This document shows, piece after piece, positions 47,872 through 57,798 of a DNA stretch of 64,000 nt. Below the pieces are notes generated by a model. The model had not been told where the DNA came from and did not search any database. It saw nothing but the letters and a program-made list of their open reading frames with translations. Both the position numbers and the translations under genes were made by a program. Positions within the stretch are counted from its first letter, which is position 1, and each line of letters opens with the position of its first letter. Source of the DNA: Desulfurococcaceae archaeon UBA285 (lineage in GTDB: Archaea > Thermoproteota > Thermoprotei_A > Sulfolobales > Desulfurococcaceae). Location: positions 6,212 through 70,211 of the forward strand of contig DADP01000025.1 of the NCBI GenBank assembly GCA_002495025.1, read 5' to 3'.

Positions 47872-49008
47872 TTAGGAGACAGGTTTGTAGACTAATCCCA
47901 GTTCATCTGCTATTCTATATGCCTCCATAATCTCGCTGTGACGGGGTCTTCTAGCAATATCTTTATACATTTCGGGGTATTTTACTACGAGGTGTTCTGG
48001 TCTATACTGGTCCATTATGTTAACTAGTGCTCTAGGTGTATTCTTTGCAATCCATTCAAGTACTGGTTTTGTACAGCATTCAATATGGTTTGGTAGAACG
48101 AGGTGTCTTATAATAATGTCTCCACTATCATGCGCTCTCTTTATATTTCTCGTCGCAACCTCCCAGTAGTTTCTAACTTTACTGAGCCTCCAAGCACACT
48201 GGTTGTTACCGTATTTGAGGTCTGGTAGCCATATATCAATAATGTCTTCTAATAGCTTCATAGACTCCTCGCTCATATACATATTGCTATTCCATAACTG
48301 GGGAACGTTTACATCAACGTATTTGAAGCTTTCAAGTATGAATGGAATGTGCGGCGTTGGATCCCCGCCTACATGGTTTATATTCCGGGCGCCAGTACGC
48401 CTTAAATAGACTTGTATAGATGCTAGTTCTCGAGGAGTTAACTTCTCACCACTCCGCGGGTTTACCTGGCTTATATCGTAGTTTTGGCAAAACACGCACT
48501 TGAAATTACATCCTCCATAGAATATTGTTCCACTTGGAACTAGTGGTGCTTCTTCACCCATGTGGTGGAAGTAGCTGTGTACTATTACATCTTTATCCAT
48601 TGTGCAAACACCTGGTTTTCCCTCTAGTCTTAGAACTCCACATCTACGTTCACATAGTCTGCATGGGTTTACTAGCCGGTATGCAATAGCGATTTTTACA
48701 TCTAGATAGCTATACCTTGGTTTTTCGTATTTCTCGAGTCCACGAAGGCCCTCGGAAGCCAGGTCTCTGTAAAATCCCTGAAATACCCTTGCTGCTTCTT
48801 CGTGTATTTTCCAGAGTTCTTCAATACTCAACACTGAATTATATGGGTCTACATCTACTGCGAGGAGTTTTGCAACTAGAAATCTAGCTGGTTTTTCATT
48901 TTTCATTACACTATAGTAATGTGACAATCTCTCCTTGACTACCGGGTCGCTCCAAACTGTTAGAGCGTCTGGTCTGTAATTCCATAGTGTAATAAACCAG
49001 TCTACCAT
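47872..49008 (-). CDS. radical SAM protein, PflX-like (pyruvate formate-lyase-activase homologue of unknown substrate)
   Basis: GGCNFKCVFCQNYDIS radical SAM motif, preceded by a CRLCERRCGVLRLEGKPGVC cluster. Confidence 0.7.
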   Translation of the reverse strand: MVDWFITLWNYRPDALTVWSDPVVKERLSHYYSVMKNEKPARFLVAKLLAVDVDPYNSVLSIEELWKIHEEAARVFQGFYRDLASEGLRGLEKYEKPRYSYLDVKIAIAYRLVNPCRLCERRCGVLRLEGKPGVCTMDKDVIVHSYFHHMGEEAPLVPSGTIFYGGCNFKCVFCQNYDISQVNPRSGEKLTPRELASIQVYLRRTGARNINHVGGDPTPHIPFILESFKYVDVNVPQLWNSNMYMSEESMKLLEDIIDIWLPDLKYGNNQCAWRLSKVRNYWEVATRNIKRAHDSGDIIIRHLVLPNHIECCTKPVLEWIAKNTPRALVNIMDQYRPEHLVVKYPEMYKDIARRPRHSEIMEAYRIADELGLVYKPVS

Positions 49009-49055
49009 GGACTACCCGTATATATAGTGTGTTTCAATCCCTATTCAATACTACT

Positions 49056-49694
49056 CTATATCAACCCTAGCTCGAGGATTTCATCTAGATCTCTAACTAC
49101 GTATTTAGCGTGTTGACACGCTTTCCCACAGGGTTCAACAGCTATTGAAACACCAACGGATTTAAATATCTCTATATCCCACTCGCTATCTCCCACGTAT
49201 ACAACGTTTTCTCTATTTACACCGAGACTACTTGCTAGGTTTAATACTACTTCTTTCTTTTCTCTCAGTGGAACTCTCGCTACTCCACCAGGTACTAGTT
49301 CATCATTGTAGAAGTAGAGTTCATTATATAAACAGATGTCTACACCTAGTTCACTACAAACCCTCTTTACGAGTAAGTCAACACCACTACTAACAATTGC
49401 CGTGTAATGGCCCTTCTTTTTAATTTCGTCAACTACTCTCTTCGCCGTGTTTCTTAGTTTTATTTTTGAAAGCGCGTTTTCTACTTCGCTCTTCTTTATT
49501 GGTTTTCCATAGCTGTGTATCATTAACGCTATATCTATTTTCATCCAGTCAAGATACGATATCACTCCCTTTCTATATAGTTCAGCGAAGTAAGAGTTGT
49601 CTCGGCTACCAAAATACTCGTGGAGAAACCCCCAACTACTCTTATCTACTGTTAATACTCCATCACAGTCAAATACAAAGAGTTTTTTCTGCAA
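49056..49694 (-). CDS. HAD-superfamily hydrolase, subfamily IB (phosphoserine-phosphatase-like)
   Basis: FVFDCDGVLT (DxDG) and YVGDSEWD motifs. Confidence 0.75.
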   Translation of the reverse strand: MQKKLFVFDCDGVLTVDKSSWGFLHEYFGSRDNSYFAELYRKGVISYLDWMKIDIALMIHSYGKPIKKSEVENALSKIKLRNTAKRVVDEIKKKGHYTAIVSSGVDLLVKRVCSELGVDICLYNELYFYNDELVPGGVARVPLREKKEVVLNLASSLGVNRENVVYVGDSEWDIEIFKSVGVSIAVEPCGKACQHAKYVVRDLDEILELGLI

Positions 49695-49950
49695 TATCAG
49701 CCACCTTGACTAGTATACTTCTCGGTGTTTGAATTGCATTTCTATTAATTTTAACTACTACTTTAATGTGTTGTTTATACAGTCCAATATCTACTTCTAT
49801 CCCGCCTTTAACTACTGCTTTAACTATGTTTTTCTCGATATTGATGCTCTCTGGTTTTAAATACTCTTCTACTAGTTTAACGAGTTCATCTATTTCTATA
49901 CACTTCTTTTCTTCTTCTTGTCTACTGGTTTCTACTAGTGGTTTAGACAA
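49669..49950 (-). CDS. hypothetical protein (93 aa)
   Basis: ORF overlapping both neighbours (16 and 26 nt) on the same strand. Confidence 0.4.
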   Translation of the reverse strand: MSKPLVETSRQEEEKKCIEIDELVKLVEEYLKPESINIEKNIVKAVVKGGIEVDIGLYKQHIKVVVKINRNAIQTPRSILVKVADIAEKTLCI

Positions 49951-50270
49951 GTACTTCTCTTTACTTCCCTTGTTTTATCAATTAACTCTTTGTATTCTGG
50001 ATATGCTTCCTCGATTTTTCCCAGTAGGTCGAATAGTAGTTCCACTATATTCATAGATTTTAAAAGCTGAATTAACTCTTCAAAGTCTTTTGATTCAAAG
50101 TATCTAGCTAGATTTAATGGGCTTCCTCCATAAATACTAAACTTGTATTTTTCCTCGGCTCTATATAGTGCTTTTTTAACTTCAATAGCATCTCTTGGAG
50201 ACAGTTTTCCTTCTTCAACGTATTTATCAATCAATGGATTAGCTATGTGTCTTAGAAAATCAAGCTTCAA
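49935..50270 (-). CDS. hypothetical helical protein (111 aa)
   Basis: ORF only; first gene of the minus-strand run 50270-47872. Confidence 0.4.
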   Translation of the reverse strand: MKLDFLRHIANPLIDKYVEEGKLSPRDAIEVKKALYRAEEKYKFSIYGGSPLNLARYFESKDFEELIQLLKSMNIVELLFDLLGKIEEAYPEYKELIDKTREVKRSTCLNH

Positions 50271-50315
50271 ACAACCACCTCAAACTTTTTAAAGGTTTTA
50301 TACTTATTTAAACCA

Positions 50316-50657
50316 GTGATAAAAGACATAGCGTATAGTGTGTTACACGTGTCTAGAAACAACAATAAAAAACAACAGGGTTGGAATCCATATAGTAGCA
50401 ACATACAGAGATTCAGTATCTATCCATCAATAAGAAACCCGGAAGAAAGGAGTCTGAGAATAGGAGATGTTATAACAGTCAATATATACGACATTGACGA
50501 GAAAGGCAATGGAGTAGTTCGATATGGAGATAAAAAAATAATTATTCCAAACGCTACTAGCGGTTCAAGAGTAAAAATAAAAATAATTAAGATTCAAGGA
50601 GATATCGCCATAGGCCATATAATCAGCGTGCTCAACGAGTCTAATAGCGAGTACTAG
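50316..50657 (+). CDS. TRAM-domain (OB-fold) RNA-binding protein
   Basis: IGDVITVNIYDIDEKGNGVVRYGDKKIIIPNATSGSRVKIKIIKIQGDIAIGHII is the TRAM pattern. The N-terminal extent is uncertain (GTG start). Confidence 0.65.
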   Translation: MIKDIAYSVLHVSRNNNKKQQGWNPYSSNIQRFSIYPSIRNPEERSLRIGDVITVNIYDIDEKGNGVVRYGDKKIIIPNATSGSRVKIKIIKIQGDIAIGHIISVLNESNSEY

Positions 50658-50677
50658 TAGCACTGCAATAGTATACT

Positions 50678-51166
50678 CTACTTCTTATACCCTATTTTCC
50701 TCAGAAATTCCTTTCTCTCCCTTTTATCCTCTTCTGATTCTACACCTAGTGGTGGATATCCATCAACAACTCCAATAATAGTTCTACCCTGACTGGTTTC
50801 AGCCACTATTACCTCGACTGGATTACCTGTCGCGACATATAGTGATACTACTTCTTGAACTTGTTTTAACTGGTTTAATACATTGATTGGATACGCGTTT
50901 CTAATAAACAAGACAAATGTGTGTCCAGCACCAATATTTAATGCTGTCTCTACAGCTACTTTTACTAGTTCTTCATCGTTTCCCTCGTAGCGAACCAATC
51001 TCTTACCACTTGCTTCGTTAAATGCCAATCCAAATTTAATACCTGGCACACTTGTCACGAGGACCTCGTATATGTCTTCAACTGTCTTTATAAAGTGGCT
51101 TCTACCAATAATGACGTTTGCTCCCTCTGGTATTTTAACGGGTATTTTAATGAATTTTACATCCAT
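50678..51166 (-). CDS. adenosine-specific kinase family protein (DUF355/PF04008-like)
   Basis: [51 protein letters not shown] and [12 protein letters not shown]. Start taken at MDVKFIK (track ORF extends to 51271). Confidence 0.7.
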   Translation of the reverse strand: MDVKFIKIPVKIPEGANVIIGRSHFIKTVEDIYEVLVTSVPGIKFGLAFNEASGKRLVRYEGNDEELVKVAVETALNIGAGHTFVLFIRNAYPINVLNQLKQVQEVVSLYVATGNPVEVIVAETSQGRTIIGVVDGYPPLGVESEEDKRERKEFLRKIGYKK

Positions 51167-51261
51167 GAGTACACCCCATGATAAAAGTATATACGTGGAG
51201 ATAAATTTATTATCTATTGATGTACCAGTGCTTTTCAAACTACTCGAGAGGGGTATAATAG

Positions 51262-51876
51262 GTGAATTCATTGAAAATAGCTACTAAGATATTAAAGTTG
51301 AAACAAGTCGAGGAAAAAGACGATAATGTGAGTATTACGGGCTTCCGCGTAGAAGACGAGAAATGGGATATTAAAGAAGTAGATAGCGAAGAATCACGTG
51401 AAAAAGTAATTAATAAACTACTCGAAGTAGCCGGTGAATACATGGTCCACGAGAAAACAAGTGATTCACCTGTACTAATAGAAGTTGAAACACTCGGTCA
51501 AAAAGTAATTATTGGTGAAGGCGGAGATCTCAACGCGTCTACAGTGCTAATACCCAAACCACAATACCTACGTAGAATACTCTTTATTAAGTGTACAGAG
51601 CCCACTAACTGCCGTGTAGTATACGAGTATAAACCATCATCACAATTCATAGTATACGAGGGAAATCTATCAATAAACAATATAGACTACGACTTCATTG
51701 TATTAGAAGGCAATGAATACACTAGAATAATCTATCCACACGAACTCCTCCTACCCAAACCAAAACCAAAAATAGAAGAGAAAAAGAAAAAGAAGAGGAG
51801 AAAAAAGTCTAAAAAATCAAAGACAAAGTCAAAGAGTAAAAAGAGAAAAACCAGGAAGAAGAAAAGTAGTAAGTAG
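51262..51876 (+). CDS. hypothetical protein with about 40-residue Lys/Arg/Ser-rich C-terminal tail
   Basis: A roughly 165-aa globular part, then [40 protein letters not shown], encoded by a polypurine tract (51754-51876). Confidence 0.5.
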   Translation: MNSLKIATKILKLKQVEEKDDNVSITGFRVEDEKWDIKEVDSEESREKVINKLLEVAGEYMVHEKTSDSPVLIEVETLGQKVIIGEGGDLNASTVLIPKPQYLRRILFIKCTEPTNCRVVYEYKPSSQFIVYEGNLSINNIDYDFIVLEGNEYTRIIYPHELLLPKPKPKIEEKKKKKRRKKSKKSKTKSKSKKRKTRKKKSSK

Positions 51877-51884
51877 GTGGTTTA

Positions 51885-52616
51885 ATGCCCATTCACATAA
51901 AGGCCTCAAAAGAAGACATAGCTGAAAACGTAATTGCATCTGGAGACCCTGGTAGAATAGACCTCCTCTCAAACCTCCTCGAAGACCCGAAAGTAGTAAA
52001 TACTCATAGAGGACTAAAAGTAGTTACAGGACACTATAAAAACAACCGTATAACACTAGCTACTCACGGAATAGGAGGACCGAGTGCTGCAATAGTATTC
52101 GAGGAACTAAGCCAGCTAGGAGCAAAGAGAATAGTGAGACTTGGAACAACTGGTGGAATTAGAAGAGATACTAGAATAGGCGATATAATAGTTGCAACTG
52201 GAGCAGCATATCCTAGTGGTGGCTGTGCTCTAGGACAATACATGCCTGGAATTTGTGGAGCAACCTCGCCAGATCCTGTACTAACTACACGGATAATAGA
52301 AGCTCTCGTAGAAAATAAAATACCATTTAAACAGGGACCAGTATTCTCTAGTGATGCATTCTACGCTGAATCACCTGATTTCGCTAGTAGAATGGAGCAT
52401 TATGGAATAGTAGCAGTAGAAATGGAGGCCGCTGTATTATTCGGTCTTGGATGGATGCGTGGATTTCAAACTGCATGTGTATTAATAGTAAGTGATGTAC
52501 TACACGGCGAAGAAGCCTTTAAGAAATACCTGACAACGGAGGAGCTAGCAGATTTATTTATTAAGACTGGAAAGATAATAATGGATGTATATAGTAGATA
52601 CTATAGAGGTGAATAG
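51885..52616 (+). CDS. family-1 nucleoside phosphorylase (PNP / MTAP-I / DeoD type)
   Basis: SGDPGR, THGIGGPS, FSSDAFY and VEMEAA motifs. Close by eye to Sulfolobus MTAP I. GGTGG lies 5 nt upstream of the ATG. Confidence 0.8.
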   Translation: MPIHIKASKEDIAENVIASGDPGRIDLLSNLLEDPKVVNTHRGLKVVTGHYKNNRITLATHGIGGPSAAIVFEELSQLGAKRIVRLGTTGGIRRDTRIGDIIVATGAAYPSGGCALGQYMPGICGATSPDPVLTTRIIEALVENKIPFKQGPVFSSDAFYAESPDFASRMEHYGIVAVEMEAAVLFGLGWMRGFQTACVLIVSDVLHGEEAFKKYLTTEELADLFIKTGKIIMDVYSRYYRGE

Positions 52617-52623
52617 AGACATT

Positions 52624-54066
52624 GTGTCAAATCAATTCGAGATAAAAATATATGATACCCTCTCTAAGAGTGAAAAACCACTTTATCCTCTCCAACCACA
52701 AACAGTTAAAATCTACGTGTGTGGACCCACAGTCTACGACTACACCCATATAGGTCATGGAAGAACATATGTAGTCTACGACTCCTTCAAGAGATATCTA
52801 AATCTTAGAGGATACAATGTAGTACACGTAATGAATATAACTGATATAGACGACAAGATCATAAAGAGAAGCCATGAAGAAAACCGTGATTGGAGAGAAA
52901 TAGTAGAAGAATACACCAAAGACTACCTTGAAGCCCTAGAGAAACTAGGTGTAAAAATAGACCACCATCCAAGAGTAACAAGCCATATAAATGAAATAAT
53001 AGAGTTCATACAGAGACTCATAGATAAAGGATATGCTTATGTAACACCAAGTGGAAGCGTCTACTTCGAAGTAGACAAGTATGAAGACTATGGAAGACTA
53101 TCGGGTAGACTAGAAAAAGAATACTGGAATCAAGAACCAGAATTCCTCGGCGAAAAAAAGAAACCATACGACTTCGCTCTTTGGAAAGCAGCTAAACCAG
53201 GAGAACCATACTGGGAGAGCCCCTGGGGGAAGGGTAGACCGGGCTGGCATATAGAGTGCAGTGTAATGAGTTCTAGGTATCTAGGGGGTAGATTCGACAT
53301 TCACGGTGGTGGAACAGACCTAATATTCCCCCACCATGAAAACGAGAGAGCACAGAGCGAGGCATTCTTCGACGAGAAGCCATGGGTATCAATATGGATG
53401 CATACAGGACTCGTAATGGTTGGAGCAGATAAAATGAGTAAGAGCCTGGGCAATATTGTTCCATTAAAAGACGCTTTGAAGAAGTGGAGTCCAGGAGTTC
53501 TTAGACTCTGGTATCTCCAAGTACACTATAGAAAACCACTTGGATTTACAGATGAAGTACTAGAACAAGCTGAAAAACTCTATAATCGTGTAGTATCAGC
53601 TTACGAATTACTAGTCAAATTATCTAGAGAAGCCCGCGACCTCCACTACTTAAACGACAATGACTTAAAGATTGTTGCAGAATTAAACAATATATATATA
53701 GAGTTCCACAGGGCATTAAGCAACGACTTTAATACACCAGAAGCTATAGCAGCACTCAACAAGTTGCTGACCACTATATATAGAGATATACAGTATAATC
53801 CAAAACACATGCTGGTTTCACTTGCATTGAAAACACTGAAATCAATTAACTACGTATTCAATATATTCGAGGAGGCCGAGCCAAGTAGAGAAGAAGTAGA
53901 ACTAGATGGTTTAATCGGCATACTAGTAGATGTTAGAAGAGAACTACGAAAGAGAGGAATGTATGATCTAGCAGATACTATAAGGAGCGAGCTCGCTAAA
54001 TACGGTATTCAATTAATGGATAAAGGACTTGAAACAACATGGATTAGAATTAAAAAGCCTGGTTAG
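52624..54066 (+). CDS. cysS: cysteinyl-tRNA synthetase
   Basis: CGPTVYDYTHIGHGRTY (HIGH), WHIECS and KMSKSLGN. Start taken at GTG 52624, downstream of GAGGTG (52606-52611). Confidence 0.9.
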   Translation: MSNQFEIKIYDTLSKSEKPLYPLQPQTVKIYVCGPTVYDYTHIGHGRTYVVYDSFKRYLNLRGYNVVHVMNITDIDDKIIKRSHEENRDWREIVEEYTKDYLEALEKLGVKIDHHPRVTSHINEIIEFIQRLIDKGYAYVTPSGSVYFEVDKYEDYGRLSGRLEKEYWNQEPEFLGEKKKPYDFALWKAAKPGEPYWESPWGKGRPGWHIECSVMSSRYLGGRFDIHGGGTDLIFPHHENERAQSEAFFDEKPWVSIWMHTGLVMVGADKMSKSLGNIVPLKDALKKWSPGVLRLWYLQVHYRKPLGFTDEVLEQAEKLYNRVVSAYELLVKLSREARDLHYLNDNDLKIVAELNNIYIEFHRALSNDFNTPEAIAALNKLLTTIYRDIQYNPKHMLVSLALKTLKSINYVFNIFEEAEPSREEVELDGLIGILVDVRRELRKRGMYDLADTIRSELAKYGIQLMDKGLETTWIRIKKPG

Positions 54067-54290
54067 AACAACTTCTTTAATTCATCAGCTAGTTTTACAA
54101 TTTCTTCTTTTGAAGACAGCGTGTTTACCTTTCTCTTTGAAGTATATAGTGCAACTTTACCAGTTAGTTTATCGCGTACTCTTATAACGTCGTGGTCTTT
54201 AAAGCTATAGATGTCTAGCAACTCTATATTTCTACTTTTTAATTCTTCTCTTAGTATTACACTTGGTGTCTTTGGCATAATCACACCCAT
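54063..54290 (-). CDS. hypothetical small protein (72-76 aa)
   Basis: The track ORF 54063-54419 begins in AT-rich sequence with implausible residues. Internal Met codons at 54290/54278 give MPKTPSVILREELKSRNIELLD... Confidence 0.35.
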   Translation of the reverse strand: MGVIMPKTPSVILREELKSRNIELLDIYSFKDHDVIRVRDKLTGKVALYTSKRKVNTLSSKEEIVKLADELKKLF

Positions 54291-54365
54291 AGTTTTAATT
54301 AAATACAAAAAACAAGTCTTATATAAATGAATTAAGTGGTGTCTTGGTATTTGCAGAAACACTAT

Positions 54366-54776
54366 ATGAAACTGGAAAATAGATGCATAGAAATTAGTGT
54401 TGGAGGAGATGTAATTCAAATAGAATCTGGTTTAACACTAGAGTTAAGACAGAGGATAATTACAGCTACTGGTGTTACAGGGTATAGTATTCACGAAATT
54501 AGAAGTGGAAAAAAGAAAGTAGTCTATTTATACTACCAGTCGAATAATACAGCGTGCCCAGAACAAGTAAAAACACAGGATGAGGTTTCAACACACTTAG
54601 CTAGTTTTAGAAGTATTAAAACACGAGTTGGTGGATTTCTCACTATTATCACGTCTGGACAGTTTATAGTAGACTATGTCGTTATAGGTGAGCGTGAAGT
54701 AGCTATTGTAATACCTGGAAAGAGACAGGTTTACATTGAGGAAAACAAGAACGTTGTTACAATCTATATTGTTTAA
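54366..54776 (+). CDS. hypothetical beta-rich protein (about 136 aa)
   Basis: ORF only. Start taken at MKLENRC (track start is 54336). Confidence 0.35.
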   Translation: MKLENRCIEISVGGDVIQIESGLTLELRQRIITATGVTGYSIHEIRSGKKKVVYLYYQSNNTACPEQVKTQDEVSTHLASFRSIKTRVGGFLTIITSGQFIVDYVVIGEREVAIVIPGKRQVYIEENKNVVTIYIV

Positions 54777-55561
54777 TCCTCTCTATGTGTAATTAAAGTA
54801 GAATTTCTTGGAATACCGCCTCTAATAGCTTCTATAACAGATTCAACATCAAAGCCCGATACTACAACAACATCTATTTTTAACTCCACAGCTAGTTTAC
54901 TCATTGACAATACCTTTCCATAGATTCCACCAGTAGCATCTGCTTTCTCGTTTTCTCTTAGAAGCTTCAATACATCTTCGAGGTTTCCAGGCGTAATCTT
55001 ATGAATTAGCTCTGGGTTTCTACAAGTCTTGGGATTACAATTATAGACTCCAGGTACATCAGTCAACAAGATCATTCTCTCCGGTTTTAAATACCTTGAA
55101 AGTAGTTCAAACACTCTCTCTGTTGATAAAACTATTGGTTTACTCTTCGTTGGAATACACTCACCATATAGAACAGGTATAATACCTGTTTCTACGAGGA
55201 TTTCTACTGGTTTATAGAAGACGTCGAAATCTTTTTTCTCCTCGTCATAGTATACTATAGCACTTGTTTGAACACTAGTAACTGGTAGACCCTTGTTCAC
55301 CAAGTAGTCTACGATAATTCTATTTAGCGACCTGGTGGCTTCGTGGCATTTCACTAAGAGCTCTCTACCACCGCTCTCTCTGTGTTTTAATACGGTGTAG
55401 TGTGCAAAACTACCTCCTCCATTACCCATAATGATCTTTAAGCTATTTATTCTATTTAAAACCTCGTAGAGTGATTTGAGTGCTTTATAGTTGAGTGAAA
55501 CAGGGTTGTCTTTATTGGTTATAAAGCTTCCTCCGATTTTAACATATATGTATTTCTGCAA
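54773..55561 (-). CDS. isopentenyl phosphate kinase (amino-acid-kinase fold)
   Basis: YVKIGGSFITNKD N-terminus, the HY/His region GNGGGSFAHY, and TDVPGVY. The 262-aa size is typical of archaeal IPK. TTG start. Confidence 0.7.
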   Translation of the reverse strand: MQKYIYVKIGGSFITNKDNPVSLNYKALKSLYEVLNRINSLKIIMGNGGGSFAHYTVLKHRESGGRELLVKCHEATRSLNRIIVDYLVNKGLPVTSVQTSAIVYYDEEKKDFDVFYKPVEILVETGIIPVLYGECIPTKSKPIVLSTERVFELLSRYLKPERMILLTDVPGVYNCNPKTCRNPELIHKITPGNLEDVLKLLRENEKADATGGIYGKVLSMSKLAVELKIDVVVVSGFDVESVIEAIRGGIPRNSTLITHRED

Positions 55562-55612
55562 TACTTTTACACCTGAAATCTATTATATTTATCCTAGTAA
55601 GTAATCTTATTT

Positions 55613-55634
55613 TTGAAACCGTGTTGAAACCGCG
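55613..55634. repeat. tandem 11-mer TTGAAACCGTG TTGAAACCGCG (followed by TTG)
   Basis: Read directly. Lies 20 nt upstream of the TTG start of the membrane protein gene at 55654. Confidence 0.5.
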
Positions 55635-55653
55635 TTGTTTTGGAGGATAAAAC

Positions 55654-57027
55654 TTGCACTCTATTAAATCAACACTTGTAAAAACAAGGAATGTATTGTC
55701 GAGGGAATACATATACCTAGTAGTTGTAAACATTATTAATGTTTATTTAATGATCATTGGATGGAACTACTACGATGTAAATTACTTTATTGCATGGTAT
55801 AATGAATACTTTAAAACTGGTAGAATACTTGAAATCTATACATCTGAATTAAAAGTTGCTTATCCACCACTTGCAATATTCCACTTTGTACTCACACACG
55901 CTGTTGCAACCTGGTTATTTGGTGAAAACCTACTAGCCCAGGTTGTAATAAACAAAATACCTCTTCTTATAGCGTTTAATACAATATACTTTATACTACG
56001 TAGGCATTATGGTAGAATAGCTGGTTATTTATGGCTTGCTACTTTCTCAGCGTACTCGTTAATTCTAAGCTACCAGTTTGATTTAACAGCAAGTCTCTTT
56101 ATTCTCCTCGCAATTACTAGTCTTAAATACAAAAAGTATACTGCTACAGGTGTTTACCTTGCACTAGCCAGTTTATTAAAGCAAACTCTAGGTGTACTAG
56201 CACTCCCTGTTGTACTATATCTCTACAAGAAAAGAGCTATTAGAGAGCTGAAACAGTTTTTACTAGGCGTGGTTTTAACTGTCGGTGTCTTTATAGCTCC
56301 ATTCTTTATTACCTCGCCCACAGCCTTTCTAGATAAAATATTGTTCTTCCATGCGAGGAGGCCGCCGCAATATATGAGTATATGGGCTATACCCCTATAC
56401 TACTATAAATACGAATTGAACATTATTGTTGAACTAGTATCTACGGTATGGATAATACCGTTTCTAGCATACCTGGTACTTACAGTATTCAATATGTGGT
56501 GGAAGCTTGAAACAAACTATAATGATGAATACTTTATTATTGTAAAATACATGGTGTTACTAGTAGCTGGACTAGTATTTCTCAATAAAATCGGCAATAT
56601 AAACTACTTGGTGTGGACTGCTCCTCCACTAATAGTGTTTACTTCTCTACTCAGAGATCAAAAAGTGAAAAAATCCATTGTAAACCTCTATGTATTCATT
56701 AACTCAATAATTAGTTTCGTATTTGGATTTATCATGTTTGCAACTCCACTGATTGCGGGTTCAGACTATATCTTTGTAGCAGAGGATTGGAAATGGGTAC
56801 CGGCAGACAAGTTTATATATGATTGTCTCTCGTCAGACCCCTCAAACTTTGTATACGGGTTTATTATATTTCTACGTTCAATACCAGCCGTGAGAGAAGC
56901 AGCATACTCTATATCCATTACACACCACTATACCATGGTGTTTACTATATTGATTTATTCAATAGCGGCTTTCTACATAGTTTACTTGGTATATAAGTAC
57001 AATGACAACCAGTCTCCGAGGGCTTGA
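55654..57027 (+). CDS. polytopic membrane protein, putative GT-C-fold glycosyl/mannosyltransferase (DUF2029/PMT_2-like)
   Basis: At least 11 TM helices and a VAYPPLAIF motif in the first loop region, as in GT-C families. Inference only. Confidence 0.4.
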   Translation: MHSIKSTLVKTRNVLSREYIYLVVVNIINVYLMIIGWNYYDVNYFIAWYNEYFKTGRILEIYTSELKVAYPPLAIFHFVLTHAVATWLFGENLLAQVVINKIPLLIAFNTIYFILRRHYGRIAGYLWLATFSAYSLILSYQFDLTASLFILLAITSLKYKKYTATGVYLALASLLKQTLGVLALPVVLYLYKKRAIRELKQFLLGVVLTVGVFIAPFFITSPTAFLDKILFFHARRPPQYMSIWAIPLYYYKYELNIIVELVSTVWIIPFLAYLVLTVFNMWWKLETNYNDEYFIIVKYMVLLVAGLVFLNKIGNINYLVWTAPPLIVFTSLLRDQKVKKSIVNLYVFINSIISFVFGFIMFATPLIAGSDYIFVAEDWKWVPADKFIYDCLSSDPSNFVYGFIIFLRSIPAVREAAYSISITHHYTMVFTILIYSIAAFYIVYLVYKYNDNQSPRA

Positions 57028-57033
57028 GGAATA

Positions 57034-57798
57034 ATGCTGGTTTTCATTGGATTAGGCTATTCACTAAGACATTTAACTAGTGAAGCAGTGGAATGGATTA
57101 AAAAAGCAGATGTAGTATATGTTGATACATATACTTCTCTATATGAAGACCCTCTCGAAGACCTTAAAACCCTCAATTCAAATGCAGAGTTTATTTTTGC
57201 CAAGAGAAGAGATCTCGAGGGAAACGCCATTAGAGAAATAATTAATAGAGCAAGAGAAAAACTAGTTGTAATAGCTGTTCCAGGAGACCCCTTTATAGCT
57301 ACAACACACGATGCAATACTCAGCGAGGCCATGGAAAACAATATTGAGTTTAAAGTAGTAAACGGCATTTCTATTTTAACACTAGCATATAGTAGAACAG
57401 GTCTTCAAACCTATAGATTTGGAAAAATAGTTACACTTATATATCCAACACACTTTAAACCAATAAGTACAATTGAAACAATATATGATAACTTGAATAG
57501 AGGACTCCACACGCTAGTACTATTAGATCTAAGAATTGAAGAAAACAAAGCTATGAGCATACCGGAAGCAACAAGTATACTTCTCGAACTAGACTATGCT
57601 GGAAAACTCAGAGATAGAATAGCTATTGGACTAGCTAGACTGGGTTGGAGAGATGAAAAAATATGTGCTGATACCCTGGAGAAACTCGGGAGCTATAAAT
57701 ATCCGCCTCCACCACACAGTATAATAGTGACATCGAAGCCAGACCCTGTTGAAGAAGAAATAGTTAACTACTGGAAAAAACAGTGTAGAGTAGACTAG
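57034..57798 (+). CDS. dph5: diphthine synthase
   Basis: MLVFIGLGY...VVYVDTYTS and VPGDPFIATTH indicate a tetrapyrrole-methylase fold of the right size. Confidence 0.88.
   Translation: MLVFIGLGYSLRHLTSEAVEWIKKADVVYVDTYTSLYEDPLEDLKTLNSNAEFIFAKRRDLEGNAIREIINRAREKLVVIAVPGDPFIATTHDAILSEAMENNIEFKVVNGISILTLAYSRTGLQTYRFGKIVTLIYPTHFKPISTIETIYDNLNRGLHTLVLLDLRIEENKAMSIPEATSILLELDYAGKLRDRIAIGLARLGWRDEKICADTLEKLGSYKYPPPPHSIIVTSKPDPVEEEIVNYWKKQCRVD

Noticed and set aside
54336-54419. Apparent 84-nt head-to-head overlap of ORFs 54063-54419 (minus) and 54336-54776 (plus)
   Set aside because: This is an artefact of taking the longest ORF. With the internal Met codons (54290 and 54366) the genes are divergent and separated by about 75 nt of AT-rich promoter-like DNA.
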